In this document: positions 11,201 through 20,259 of the stretch, one piece after another | Position numbering within the stretch: the first letter of the stretch is position 1 | Layout of the letters: each line of letters starts with the position of its first letter | Origin: a virus | Lineage: Duplodnaviria; Heunggongvirae; Uroviricota; Caudoviricetes | DNA: 36,079 nucleotides | IMG/VR virus record: IMGVR_UViG_2690316109_000010 | Direction: 5' to 3' (one strand) | The notes under the pieces: generated by a model | Database searches by the model: none | The model's input: only the letters and a program-made list of their open reading frames with translations | What the model was told of the DNA's origin: nothing | Translations under genes and position numbers: made by a program

Positions 11201-11290
11201 ATTCAGAAGGTTTTTGATACGGGGAATTTCATTTTTAAACTCTGCCGCATCAATCCCCAAATCAATGACCAGGTTGGCTATCTGGTCCAT
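8234..11290 (-). CDS. H: Tail tape measure protein H
   Basis: About 1018 aa, coiled-coil-rich, with C-terminal ...NNDGTNGQIGPAALKVVYDLGKKAAADF...DGG as in lambda H. Start set at the ATG at 11290 (MDQIANLVIDL...) behind a GGAGGTG Shine-Dalgarno; the track start at 11320 is a TTG. Confidence 0.85.
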   Translation of the reverse strand: MDQIANLVIDLGIDAAEFKNEIPRIKNLLNGAASDAERSSARMQRFMERQTQAARQTMQAASSAATAASVHAQTVEKSAQAHERMAREVEQTRQRMEALSQKMREEQAQAMALAEAQDKAAAAFYRQIDSVKQASAGLQELQRIQQQIRQARNSGGIGQQDYLALISEVTAKTRVLTQAEEEATRQKVAFIRQLKEQATRQNLSSSELLRAKAAQLGVSSAAEVYIRKMEQAGKATHSLGLKSAAARQEIGVLIGELARGNLGALRGSGITLANRAGWIDTLMSPKGMMLGGVIGGIAAAVYGLGKAWYDGQKEGEEFNRQLSLTGHYAGVTAGQLWTLSRAISGNGITQHAAAGALAQVVGSGAFRGNDIGMVARAAAQMERSVGQSVSDTINQFKRLKDDPVNAAKALDNELHFLTATQLEQIRVLGEQGRSSDAARIAMSALAEETGRRTADIDNNLNALGSTLKYLSDLWSRFWDAAMNIGREDSLDEQISALQEKVSRAKRLPWTASSSQVEYDQQRLNELQEKKRQKDLQDAKEQAERNYQEQQKRRNAENAALNRMNETEAARHQREIARINAMQYADQAVRDAAIQRENERYEKVLASGKKKTRETRNDEATRLLLQYSQQQAQVEGQIAAARQSAGIATDRMTEAHKQLLALQQRISDLDGKKLTADEKSVLARKDELIQALTLLDVKQQELQKQTALNDLKKKTIQLTSQLAEEERAQRQQHDLDIATVGMGDQQRQRYQVQLSLRQKYQQQLEQLRRDSEQKGTYNTDDYRKAEQALTESLNRQLNENRRYWQQLEIAQGDWKNGVLRALQNVTEKADNTAGTVEQLFTSAFSSMSDWLATFCTTGKLNFKSFTSSVLSDMSRIMAQIALMKAVKGIASALPFDFVANADGGVYQSADLSRYSGTVVNRPTFFAFAKGAGVMGEAGPEAILPLRRGADGKLGVVADIGGSGMAMFAPQYNIEINNDGTNGQIGPAALKVVYDLGKKAAADFMQQQARDGGRLSGAYR

Positions 11291-11591
11291 AACGCACACC
11301 TCCGGAAATACCTTCCCCAAGATGCATCAGTTCTTCGTCCGTTCGCTCCGGTATCCCGTTCTCTTCCGGTAAAAGGCTGAAATCAGCCACCGCAGCATCA
11401 CTGCTACCGGACACCATTCTCACGATCAATGCCTTCAGCGAGGCAAACTGCGCATCCATCCACACATCACTGAAGCTCTGCATCCGGAAATAATCGCCCC
11501 ATTCACCAAGCTCAGTGGCCGACATTTCCGACAGCATCCGCCGCCAGTCTGCCCGCCGGAACTCCCGGGCAAGCCGCATGACAAACTGCAT
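11262..11591 (-). CDS. T: T segment of the tail assembly chaperone G-T fusion (-1 frame relative to G)
   Basis: 109-aa ORF in the -1 frame overlapping the 3' end of G, in the position of lambda T; the frame stays open upstream into G. Expected to be made only as G-T by programmed frameshift. Confidence 0.6.
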   Translation of the reverse strand: MQFVMRLAREFRRADWRRMLSEMSATELGEWGDYFRMQSFSDVWMDAQFASLKALIVRMVSGSSDAAVADFSLLPEENGIPERTDEELMHLGEGISGGVRYGPDSQPGH

Positions 11592-11599
11592 TTCCCGCG

Positions 11600-11989
11600 T
11601 CAGGACTTTTCCGGCGTCAGCACCTCATGCTCCAAATCCCCGGCATTCTCAATGGCTCCCATACCGCTCAGCGACAGAACCATCTCCGCCCCCGCTCCCA
11701 GGGCATCATACGACCATGTTGTAATAACGGATGCGCAAAGCGTCTCAACATCCTGAGACTGTTCCGCATTCCACAGTGAGCGGGAAACCAGCCAGGCATT
11801 GATATCCATCCCCATCCGCAGAAAAGCAATCTGTCGTTCAGCCTCCGGCAGTTCTCCCTCCCCGGCATCAAACTTTGCCGTTCGCTGCTGAACAAACGCC
11901 AGATATTCAATTCTCTGCAGCCCGGACAGCTCACTGAGCACCACGGACTGCTTTTCATAATTAAACGTGCCCTGTTTCAGAAACATCAT
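11600..11989 (-). CDS. G: Tail assembly chaperone G
   Basis: Lambda G-like (MMFLKQGTFNYEKQSVVLSELSGLQRIEYLAF...). Start at the ATG at 11989 or 11986 after GGTGGAG; the track start at 12028 is a TTG inside the upstream hairpin. Confidence 0.8.
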   Translation of the reverse strand: MMFLKQGTFNYEKQSVVLSELSGLQRIEYLAFVQQRTAKFDAGEGELPEAERQIAFLRMGMDINAWLVSRSLWNAEQSQDVETLCASVITTWSYDALGAGAEMVLSLSGMGAIENAGDLEHEVLTPEKS

Positions 11990-12002
11990 GTTCTCCACCT
12001 GC

Positions 12003-12027
12003 AAAAAAGCCCCGGATAACCGGGGCA
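12003..12027 (-). terminator. Terminator-like hairpin between V and G
   Basis: Inverted repeat gccccgg-ataa-ccggggc with a following U-tract on the minus strand, immediately upstream of the G ribosome-binding site. Confidence 0.45.
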
Positions 12028-12046
12028 AATGATGAGTATCGTCCTG

Positions 12047-12790
12047 TTAACCTGCGGCGCTGACAGCCACCGCAGCCACTGCCACAAAATCGCCGTCAGA
12101 AGTCATGCCCACAATGCTGACACTGCCCTGCTTCACGCCTTTCACCGTGGCCACAAGCCCGTTCAGGGTCACCGTGGCAGTCTGTGGATCTGTCGAATGC
12201 ACACTGATCGCTTTGTCACTGGCTCCGTCAGGTTTTACTGTAAAGGTCAGCGTGGTGGTTGCTCCCACTTTTACACTGGCAGATGCCGGTGCCACCGTCA
12301 GCCCGGTAACGCTCACTGTTTCAGTGCCTTCCTCTGCCAGATACGGACGCCCCACACCGCTGATTTTCACTGTGCGGGTCATCACGTCTTTTGAGGCAAT
12401 GGTTTTACCCAGTGAGCTCAGCCAGCCACGGAAAACATCAACAGTGCCGTTGGGATATTTGATACGAAACGCGCAGACTTCACCGGAGTCGAACAACTGA
12501 ACCAGTTTTTTCTGCCCGCTGTCACCCGGACGCCAGGCCAGCGTCGCCGAAGTATCACCGACGGATTTCTGCCCCTGGGTTGTCGTTTTCCAGTCTGCAT
12601 CTTCATCATCGAGATAAGTGTCATCTTCTGCATCAGCGGTCATTTCGCCAGGTTGCAGATCCTTCACCATCGCAAGACGCAGCCAGTCAGTGTCCGATAA
12701 AGGGTTCGCAAACGCATCGCCCTTGCCGGTGTACATCCAGAACGTCGTTCCCGCACCTTTCGTTTTTGCCAGTGGATTTGGTGTGGTCAT
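12047..12790 (-). CDS. V: Major tail protein V with C-terminal Ig-like domain
   Basis: Lambda V-like (NPLAKTKGAGTTFWMY..., DADWKTTTQGQKSVGDTS...). ATG at 12790 sits 5 nt after GGAGG; the track start at 12796 is a GTG. Confidence 0.9.
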   Translation of the reverse strand: MTTPNPLAKTKGAGTTFWMYTGKGDAFANPLSDTDWLRLAMVKDLQPGEMTADAEDDTYLDDEDADWKTTTQGQKSVGDTSATLAWRPGDSGQKKLVQLFDSGEVCAFRIKYPNGTVDVFRGWLSSLGKTIASKDVMTRTVKISGVGRPYLAEEGTETVSVTGLTVAPASASVKVGATTTLTFTVKPDGASDKAISVHSTDPQTATVTLNGLVATVKGVKQGSVSIVGMTSDGDFVAVAAVAVSAAG

Positions 12791-12801
12791 TGCCACCTCC
12801 T

Positions 12802-13203
12802 TTAATTCGTGTACGTGATCTGGTACGTGATTTCCGCCATCGCCCAGGTGGCCATCTCATTATCACGTTGATAGTTAAAACCGAGAGGGATCAGGGTGTC
12901 GATGAGTCCGGAAAGTGCCGGTATATCATTCAGAGCCGGGAAAATGGTGCTCTCCATCCACATATCCAGCTCTGAATCCGGTGCCTGTGCCCGGATGAAG
13001 ACAGCAATATGCAGAACAGCCTGCCAGTCATCTTCATCCGTCATTTTTCCGGTGTACTGAGCATCACTCAGCCACACCGCCACGGCATGCAGTTCCTGCG
13101 CATCAATAAATGCCGGAAGCCCGTCAAAAAACGTGGCGCTGTCTCCACACTGTTCCCGAAGGCGTGCCAGTACGGCCTGGCGGATTTGTGTATGTCGGTT
13201 CAT
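12802..13203 (-). CDS. U: Tail terminator protein U
   Basis: Lambda U-like (HTQIRQAVLARL...SATFFDGLP...). Start at the ATG at 13203, which overlaps the Z stop as ATGA; an alternative ATG lies at 13215. Confidence 0.8.
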   Translation of the reverse strand: MNRHTQIRQAVLARLREQCGDSATFFDGLPAFIDAQELHAVAVWLSDAQYTGKMTDEDDWQAVLHIAVFIRAQAPDSELDMWMESTIFPALNDIPALSGLIDTLIPLGFNYQRDNEMATWAMAEITYQITYTN

Positions 13204-13778
13204 CGGGTCAGCCATAACCTCAGTTGTTGTTTCAGTGCATACCCCAGCTGTTTCGGCATTTCCGCAGCAATAATGCGGTCGCGGGCATCTTCAAATGCCT
13301 GTGTCAGCGGTCCGGACAGCGGGACTTTCACCACATCAATGGGGTAACGATTTTTGCCATCAATACGCCGCATCACATGCCAGCGACCATTCGCCAGTTG
13401 CTGAATAAACGCATCCCGGAAAAGATATTTACCCACCTTCAGCACACTGCCACGGTACTGCAGTTTTCCACCACGCCGGGCCAGTCTGACCCGGGCTGTC
13501 CCCAGCTTAATAGCGGGCAGATTGCCCCGGTTAACGCGGATCCTGGCCGTCATTTTTCCTGACGGACTGGCTTTAAACACCCGGACACGCTGACGTACCA
13601 GTTTCAGGGGGATCCCTCTCACCTGGTTATCTCCCGCAACGGTATTCCCGGCAACCTGCCGGGTGGCGACCGAGACCGCTTTCTGTGCCACACGATTTAT
13701 CGCCCATGCGCTGGCCTGTGGCACCATACGGGTATCAAGGCTGTTCAGATTACGGATGGCATTCTCAAGCCCCTTCAT
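13200..13778 (-). CDS. Z: Tail completion protein Z-like
   Basis: 192 aa in the lambda Z position, upstream of U and downstream of the head genes. Confidence 0.65.
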   Translation of the reverse strand: MKGLENAIRNLNSLDTRMVPQASAWAINRVAQKAVSVATRQVAGNTVAGDNQVRGIPLKLVRQRVRVFKASPSGKMTARIRVNRGNLPAIKLGTARVRLARRGGKLQYRGSVLKVGKYLFRDAFIQQLANGRWHVMRRIDGKNRYPIDVVKVPLSGPLTQAFEDARDRIIAAEMPKQLGYALKQQLRLWLTR

Positions 13779-13789
13779 CCCACACCTCT

Positions 13790-14065
13790 TTACTCAATAA
13801 AGATCATTGGCTTACCGTTAAAACGTTCATGCCGTGTGACCGTCCATTGTTGTCCGTCATAAACAACGCGATCCCCGCGCCGTGGGCGGTATCCCGAAGA
13901 AAACACCACCAGAGAGACCGCAGGTCCGGACAGAGCATTCAGCTCTGCCAGTGTTTCTCCCGGGATCACAGTCATATCGGCATCATTAATCGAGGCTGTC
14001 TTTCCCATCTTTCTGACCGTGATCGCATCCATACGCGCTGCCAGCCTGGAAAAGGGATCAGACAT
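13790..14065 (-). CDS. Head-tail joining protein (FII-like position)
   Basis: 91 aa with ATG start; assigned by position between the head genes and Z; weak pattern resemblance to gpFII. Confidence 0.45.
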   Translation of the reverse strand: MSDPFSRLAARMDAITVRKMGKTASINDADMTVIPGETLAELNALSGPAVSLVVFSSGYRPRRGDRVVYDGQQWTVTRHERFNGKPMIFIE

Positions 14066-14381
14066 TGAGTTTTACCGGCACTTCTTCTGCACTGGTTCCG
14101 GCATCTGCCCAGACAACCCCGACCAGCGGATCAGAGCCGCTGTTAGTCAGCTGAACTTTTCCGGACTTCAGATAAACCTTCTTACCCGTTTTCATATCAT
14201 CCGTTTTCAGCTTAGGCAGCATAAACACACCTTCGGTCATGCCGTCGCCTGTTTCACCCTGTGGAATATCGGTCAGCGCCACCGCAAAAATATTACCCAC
14301 CTGCACCAGATCTCCGCTGCTGATGGCTGCACTGGCAACAATCGCCACCGTTTTTCCTTCTTCTACAAAATTCTTTGCCAT
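14058..14381 (-). CDS. Putative head decoration or head completion protein
   Basis: About 108 aa from the ATG at 14381 (MAKNFVEEGKTV...) after GGAGACAG; lies immediately downstream of the capsid gene. The track start at 14426 lies inside the upstream terminator hairpin. Confidence 0.45.
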   Translation of the reverse strand: MAKNFVEEGKTVAIVASAAISSGDLVQVGNIFAVALTDIPQGETGDGMTEGVFMLPKLKTDDMKTGKKVYLKSGKVQLTNSGSDPLVGVVWADAGTSAEEVPVKLNV

Positions 14382-14424
14382 AACTGTCTCCGCACAGCCC
14401 CGTTCAGGGGCTGATTTCAGGTAC

Positions 14425-14444
14425 AAAAAAAGCCCTTACGGGCC
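14425..14444 (-). terminator. Terminator-like hairpin downstream of the capsid gene
   Basis: Short gccc-ttac-gggc hairpin followed by seven U on the minus strand (plus A run 14424-14431). Confidence 0.4.
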
Positions 14445-14467
14445 ATCAGAGTTGTTGTCTGCGACGT

Positions 14468-16426
14468 TTACGCCGTACATTTCACCAGACCGCGGTGATC
14501 AACTGGCGCGACACCGGCGTCAATACGCACTTTCGTTGTCACGCCATCCACACTGAAGCCCTCCATCTGATCAATATATGGCGTATCCACACCGTTGAGA
14601 TAAGCCACTTCAATCGTATCGGAGCCTTTTGACGCAGCCAGGTAGAAGGTGGTCTGGCTGTTATCATCAAGACGAGGCTCTGCAATAACGGTCGCAAAAT
14701 CTTTCACCGGGTTAATAATACCGGCGTTAATGTCAGCCCCCTTGACACTTGAGGAGCGAATGACCTGGTTAGCAACAGACTCCATCGCCGTCGGTACCAG
14801 TACGAACGCAGGACGAATATTCAGATGACGCTCCCCCTCTTTCTGAACGCGCATCAACTGGCGGGCTTTATCCAGCGATGCCACGTCCATTGCAGCGCTC
14901 TCCAGTACGTTTGCATGTTTCGCTTTATCGAACAGACTTACATTATCTGTGGAGATTTTCGGGTTAGACGTCAGAATGGCATAAACCAGATCGGCAATAG
15001 TGGATTTCGCCGCACGGCCCAGTTTCATCGGGACATCGGTCAGCATATTCAGATCATCATTGATAATGGCCTGACGGGTGATACTGAACAGCTCGCCATA
15101 GGTCGCCAGTGCAATAGTGGCCTGTTTATCTCCGGTGGTGACGTATTTATATTCCGCCCCTTCACGCACCTGACGCAGAGCACTGAAGCCCCCCATACCC
15201 ACACGATGGGCAATTTTAAAATCAGACAACTGACCTTTCCGCGTCCACTGTTCATAGGTTTCAGGGGCATCTTCCCAGCCCTGCAGAATGGCTTTGTTCG
15301 CAACATCCAGCAGAATATTACCGAAGTCAGACGTACTGTGTGTGAACGCCGCACCGACCATCTGCATCGGGTTATAACTGGAAACCCCAATACCCCGTTC
15401 AGTCAGTGACATACGGGCATATTCACGCAGGGTCATCCCGTTGTAGACATTATCACGTTCGGTTTTTTCAAATCCGGCACGCGCCATCAGCGCCTGGCGG
15501 ATCCCGTCCCCCACAAAATTACCGTTACCGGCATAAATATGAGCCGGGGTATTTTTATTGGATGGCGTGGACTCGCGCCCCATCTCGTTCAACAGCTTTT
15601 CGCGGGCCTGCTCCAGCGAACATTCAGGATCGGCAAGACACTGAGCCTGCAGCGTCTGATAACGCCCGCCAAACATGGCAAACAGATCATTAATACCGTT
15701 TACACGCGCTTTTTGCTCTGCCAGTACCTGCGCACGGATACTGTTTTCATCCACCACGGGTGCTGCTGCCTGCACTGGCGTCCGGGAGGCTGCAGGTTCA
15801 TTATCCTGTACGCGTGGAGCACTGTTGCGTGGCGGAGTAATCATGTTTCGAATGGATTCCGGCATCTTTGTAAATTCCTCTGTACGTTTTGACTGAATAC
15901 ATGCCATTGCCTTAACGGCTGGCGTCACCTGATCAGCAAATCCATGTGCCAGACATTCGGCACCGGACATCCAGGTCTCATCCGCCAGCATGGCAGCAAT
16001 TTCATCGGTGGTTTTCCCGGTTTTCTGTGCATAAGCGGGTAACAGAACCGCCTCAACCTTATCGAGCAGGTCGGCATAGGTGCGCATGTCCTCCGCATCA
16101 CCGCCCGTAAAGCCAAATGGTTTATGAATCATCATGAAGGTGTTTTCCGGCATAATGACCGGGTTTCCCACCATCGCAATGATCGACGCCATTGACGCCG
16201 CCACACCGTCGACATAAACGGTAATGGACGCACCATGTGTTTTCAGCGCATTAAAAATGGCGATGCCTTCAAAGACATCGCCACCCGGTGAATTGATATG
16301 GAGATTAATGTGGGTGATATCGCCCAGTGCATTCAGATCACTGATAAACTGCTTCGCTGTAACACCCCAGAAACCAATCTCGTCATAAATATAAATATCC
16401 GCGTCACTCTGGTGACCAGCCTGCAT
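14468..16426 (-). CDS. Prohead protease (ClpP/S49-like) fused to a major capsid protein domain
   Basis: About 652 aa from the ATG at 16426, just after the portal stop. N-terminal part DADIYIYDEIGFWG...INSPGGDVFEG...MASIIAMVG is ClpP-like; the C-terminal ~300 aa is capsid-like. The track start at 16687 lies inside the portal gene. Confidence 0.7.
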   Translation of the reverse strand: MQAGHQSDADIYIYDEIGFWGVTAKQFISDLNALGDITHINLHINSPGGDVFEGIAIFNALKTHGASITVYVDGVAASMASIIAMVGNPVIMPENTFMMIHKPFGFTGGDAEDMRTYADLLDKVEAVLLPAYAQKTGKTTDEIAAMLADETWMSGAECLAHGFADQVTPAVKAMACIQSKRTEEFTKMPESIRNMITPPRNSAPRVQDNEPAASRTPVQAAAPVVDENSIRAQVLAEQKARVNGINDLFAMFGGRYQTLQAQCLADPECSLEQAREKLLNEMGRESTPSNKNTPAHIYAGNGNFVGDGIRQALMARAGFEKTERDNVYNGMTLREYARMSLTERGIGVSSYNPMQMVGAAFTHSTSDFGNILLDVANKAILQGWEDAPETYEQWTRKGQLSDFKIAHRVGMGGFSALRQVREGAEYKYVTTGDKQATIALATYGELFSITRQAIINDDLNMLTDVPMKLGRAAKSTIADLVYAILTSNPKISTDNVSLFDKAKHANVLESAAMDVASLDKARQLMRVQKEGERHLNIRPAFVLVPTAMESVANQVIRSSSVKGADINAGIINPVKDFATVIAEPRLDDNSQTTFYLAASKGSDTIEVAYLNGVDTPYIDQMEGFSVDGVTTKVRIDAGVAPVDHRGLVKCTA

Positions 16427-16439
16427 CCTGAACCAGGAA

Positions 16440-17948
16440 TTATTCTTCGGACTGGTCGTCGGTGTGCTGCGGCTCCTGTCGTTTCGTTGCGGCACTGCTG
16501 CCTCCTTTATCACTGGCCGGATCGGTATCAAATACCAGATCCAGCTTGCGGTTTTCATCAATTTCGGCCTTGCGCCGACGTTTGACATCATCCGGATTAC
16601 GACCACCTGCACGTACCCAGTCTGATTCTGTCGCTGCTCCACCACGAATCTGAATTTTCCAGGCCTCAGCCTCCTTAACAGGGTCAATCCACGGCATCAC
16701 CGGTCCGGAGTACACCGCGGTATACAGTGAAGAACGGTCAAGATCGCGGGGTAGCCTGATAACACTGGATGCCACAGCCTGTTTCAGCCAGGCACGATAC
16801 ATCGGGCGGGTGACAGCACCAATAAACCAGTCCTGCAGGATCAGGTAGCCATCAGTGGATTCAACCAGCTCCTGACGCTGGGCGCTGTAAGTGCCGTTAT
16901 AGTTGCGCGCTGTACTGGAAAAACTCAGACGACTGCCCGCCGCCACGGCACGCAACTGACCATTACGAAAAGTTTCAAGGTTAGGATTGGGGCGATCCGA
17001 CTTCACCATTCCGATTTCTTCGCCGGGTTTCAGATCGTCGTAAATAATGCCTGGCTGAATGGTAAGCTCGCGTTCCTTATCCTTGCTGCCATTACCATCC
17101 GGTTCATAGCTCTGCCCGTCGCCTTTGCGGATGTACATCCCCAGAGCAGCGGCGATCCTTGCTGCAGTCAGCTCATAATCTTCATAATCTTTCAGGGCAC
17201 TGAGGCGGATCAGCACACCGGACAACAAAGACGTCCCGCGCATCTGGTGCAGACGGCGAACAAATTTAAGATGCAGCATTCGCTCTGCATCCACTTCTTT
17301 GGTTTCCATCTGCCGTCCGGATACGGGACGGCTTTTATACACCAGATATTTTTCGGGACGCCCCCAGTCATCAACAAACACGCCCTGATTCAGCCTGTTG
17401 CTCTCATCACTGGTCATGGGAATAAAGTCTGGCTCGAGCGCCTCCAGCCAGAAATGAACACCGGCAGAAGGCGTCAGGCTGTTTATGCGCCCGGAAACCA
17501 TCTGGGCAAACACCTCACCATCGCGCAGCCAGGTACGCAGCATCAGACGTTCCAGCATCGGACGGGTAAACTGCCCGGTGACTTCCGGGCTGACAGACCA
17601 TTCACTCCATCGGGTGCGAATCTCCGCTGCCAGATCACGGGCAATGGCCCCATTGCGTAATACCGGATGTGGCTCGACAATAATCCCGTTTTTCCCCACC
17701 ACCCGTTCTTCCAGCTTGTCAAATACACCAATAACCAGATCGTGGTTGTTATCAAGGTAACGGGCCTGCTCACGTAACGACACGGCCCCGTACTGGCTTA
17801 GCTGGTCGGCAGTTCGGTTCTCCCGTCGGGCTTTGTGTGTCCGCGTCGTTTTTACGGCTTCATAAGCCTGGATCACCGCACGGGAACGCAGCCTTGCCGC
17901 TTTCCATCCAGGTGAAAAAACGCCAATCACATCATCAAGAATTGCCAT
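16440..17948 (-). CDS. Portal protein
   Basis: About 502 aa from the ATG at 17948 (MAILDDVIGVF...), which overlaps the W stop as TGATG; sits between W and the protease as in lambda. Confidence 0.8.
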   Translation of the reverse strand: MAILDDVIGVFSPGWKAARLRSRAVIQAYEAVKTTRTHKARRENRTADQLSQYGAVSLREQARYLDNNHDLVIGVFDKLEERVVGKNGIIVEPHPVLRNGAIARDLAAEIRTRWSEWSVSPEVTGQFTRPMLERLMLRTWLRDGEVFAQMVSGRINSLTPSAGVHFWLEALEPDFIPMTSDESNRLNQGVFVDDWGRPEKYLVYKSRPVSGRQMETKEVDAERMLHLKFVRRLHQMRGTSLLSGVLIRLSALKDYEDYELTAARIAAALGMYIRKGDGQSYEPDGNGSKDKERELTIQPGIIYDDLKPGEEIGMVKSDRPNPNLETFRNGQLRAVAAGSRLSFSSTARNYNGTYSAQRQELVESTDGYLILQDWFIGAVTRPMYRAWLKQAVASSVIRLPRDLDRSSLYTAVYSGPVMPWIDPVKEAEAWKIQIRGGAATESDWVRAGGRNPDDVKRRRKAEIDENRKLDLVFDTDPASDKGGSSAATKRQEPQHTDDQSEE

Positions 17949-18160
17949 CAGAACCTCGCCAGCCGGTACCCAGGATGCCCCCGTCGTCGTGTAATCAGAG
18001 CCGCAAGGCGGCGCTCCCACTCCTGCCGTCCCTGCCGGATCTCAGATAAGTTTTCCATGGTCATCTGCTGACCATTAAAGGTGACGGATTTTCCGTCCAG
18101 CACCGCCATTTCAGCTTCCATATAACGCTGAATCATGGCTTCGATATCATTCTGGTTCAT
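17948..18160 (-). CDS. W: Head-tail joining protein W-like
   Basis: 70 aa from the ATG at 18160 (MNQNDIEAMIQRYMEAEMAVLDGKSVTFNG...); the ATG overlaps the terminase TGA stop as ATGA and follows GGAGG; pattern is gpW-like. Confidence 0.6.
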   Translation of the reverse strand: MNQNDIEAMIQRYMEAEMAVLDGKSVTFNGQQMTMENLSEIRQGRQEWERRLAALITRRRGHPGYRLARF

Positions 18161-20259
18161 AACCATCCTCCGGAAGTCAGCCAGGGGTTAACATCGTCAG
18201 TTACTGTTTTCTTCCGTTTTTGTTTTTTAACAGGCGTGGATACCGGTTCCGGTGAGGATGACGGTTCGGTACTGTCCTGGACACACTCCAGCCAGGTTTC
18301 CCGGCTCGCCCACTCCGGTGCATCCGGCCAGCGGATCTTTTCGTATCCATGCAGAATGACCAGAGCCTCGGCATACACCATCAGGTCAAAAGCTTCGTTG
18401 GCACCGCGACCCGGCTTACTCCATTTCCCGTCACTGCTCCGCTCTTCATACGTCAGTTCGTCGTAAAACCAGCTCCCCAGCCAGTCAGGGAAATGCACAT
18501 AGCCGGGACCTGGCGAGTCACGCCATAACGCGTTATTCACCCGGTCTTTCAGTGCATCCGTCTGAAGAAGCCAGAGCGGCACATCACCTGCGGCCTGCGC
18601 CCGTCGGCCCGTTCGTCCGGTGTTATCAGGGAATGTACGGGTGATCAGTTTTGCGCGCCGGATGCTGTCGCCCTTAAACAGGTAAATACGTTTACCAAGG
18701 CCATCACGACGGCAACGACGCCAGAATTTATAGGCATTATCAGTGACCCCGTCTTCACCGCCGGAGTCCACCGCCATTGCCATCAGTCGCATTTGTTGAG
18801 AAGGATCGGAGGCCAGCGGCCAGCTTTTATGAAAAACATCCGTCAGCAGGACATCCCAGTCTTCCGGATAGCTGGCCGGATCAATTCGCTGGCTCTCCCC
18901 GTCGCTGTCACCGCGCAATGACTGCGTGATGTTGTAACGATCAATAATCCAGCGTTCGCCACGGCTGCCATAGCCCGTTACCTGAACCACAAAACGGCGA
19001 TGACGTCCCGCCTGCACATCCACTGTCGCCACAAGGAAATTAACGCCATCCGGCACACTGCGGGAAGGAACTGGCTCTGCCCGCTGCTCAAGCAGTTCAC
19101 TTTTTCGTTGCTCCATGCTGGCGCGGGGAAGATAAGGTAATCCCCAGTCGGTATTGATAACCGTCTTGAGTGTTTCTTCACTTCCGGTTGTCTCGTATTC
19201 CTGTTCTGCAGTAAGCAGTTTGTAAACGAGTTGCGAGAGTGTCTGGTAAGCAGCTGCCGGACCCTCCATCCAGAATGACGCAATACGTGAGCGTCGGGGA
19301 TCACCATAACGACTGCCATCCGCATTGATGGATTCACCATCCCGCAACCAGACCCCACGTCCGTTCAGCTCACGTTTTTGTTCAGGCATAATCCGTCCTG
19401 AACAGGAAGGACACTGAATATAAGCCGCCTCACTTGCCAGCACGGGATCGGCAATATCACGGAAACCAGCAACCACATCGCCGCAGGGCTGAAAATACTC
19501 ACCACAGTGTGGACAGGGCCAGTACCAGCGACGGCGATCACCACGGTTATAGAGCGACAGGATCCCCGTGGTTGGTGGAGCCTCATGCGGTGAAGTCCGT
19601 CGCCATTTCACATCCTTCACATCCCTGCCGGGGGAACTCTCCACCAGCGTCATACCGCTGGACATAAATGTGGTGGTACGTTTTGAGGCAAGAGAGAAAG
19701 CATCCCCCTCGCCATCAATATCTTCCGGAAAACGGTCATAATCCGTCAGCGCGACGCATTTATAATCTGATGAGGACATGATATTGACTGACGGCCAGCC
19801 GATTTTCAGGTAGTTACCAGCAAGGAATGTTCTGTCATAAACGTTGTTGTCATTTTTGTTCGGACTCAGGCGACTGACCACTTCCGGGCTAACGCGAAAC
19901 GTTCTGGCGAGTCGTTTTTTGGAGTGTTCGCGGGCTTTTTCCTCCGTCATCTGAATGATCAGCATATCAGCAGGATCGCAAATCACGTTGTAAATCACCC
20001 AGCCGTCAATCAGGCCGATAGTCTTGCCGGTTCGTGCCGGGCCAACAAATATCACTGCGTCGTATTCACGCGAGGCCAGGCAGTTCATCGGCTCAATAAC
20101 ATACGGTGCCACCAGCGGATCCCACGGGACTGAGTTCCCTGCCCCCATGGGCACCCGCATATACTGAGCAACGGCATCAGCAACCCGCATTCGTCTCGGT
20201 GCGCGAAGGATATAACCTGAATCGGTTCGTGCTGCCTTTGCGGTTTCCTGATTCAGCAT
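18157..20259 (-). CDS. A: Terminase large subunit (lambda gpA-like)
   Basis: 700 aa with a P-loop-like GPARTGKT and a CPHCGEYFQPC...CPSCSG zinc-finger-like segment; follows the small subunit with TAATG overlap; strong GGAGGAG Shine-Dalgarno. Confidence 0.9.
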   Translation of the reverse strand: MLNQETAKAARTDSGYILRAPRRMRVADAVAQYMRVPMGAGNSVPWDPLVAPYVIEPMNCLASREYDAVIFVGPARTGKTIGLIDGWVIYNVICDPADMLIIQMTEEKAREHSKKRLARTFRVSPEVVSRLSPNKNDNNVYDRTFLAGNYLKIGWPSVNIMSSSDYKCVALTDYDRFPEDIDGEGDAFSLASKRTTTFMSSGMTLVESSPGRDVKDVKWRRTSPHEAPPTTGILSLYNRGDRRRWYWPCPHCGEYFQPCGDVVAGFRDIADPVLASEAAYIQCPSCSGRIMPEQKRELNGRGVWLRDGESINADGSRYGDPRRSRIASFWMEGPAAAYQTLSQLVYKLLTAEQEYETTGSEETLKTVINTDWGLPYLPRASMEQRKSELLEQRAEPVPSRSVPDGVNFLVATVDVQAGRHRRFVVQVTGYGSRGERWIIDRYNITQSLRGDSDGESQRIDPASYPEDWDVLLTDVFHKSWPLASDPSQQMRLMAMAVDSGGEDGVTDNAYKFWRRCRRDGLGKRIYLFKGDSIRRAKLITRTFPDNTGRTGRRAQAAGDVPLWLLQTDALKDRVNNALWRDSPGPGYVHFPDWLGSWFYDELTYEERSSDGKWSKPGRGANEAFDLMVYAEALVILHGYEKIRWPDAPEWASRETWLECVQDSTEPSSSPEPVSTPVKKQKRKKTVTDDVNPWLTSGGWL

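Noticed and set aside
14825-15896. Plus-strand ORFs antisense to the protease-capsid gene
   Set aside because: Embedded antisense to a well-supported gene, no ribosome-binding sites noted, no family resemblance.
17247-17773. ORFs on both strands inside the portal gene (17247-17660 plus, 17485-17760 plus, 17543-17773 minus)
   Set aside because: Embedded within the portal coding sequence with no independent support.
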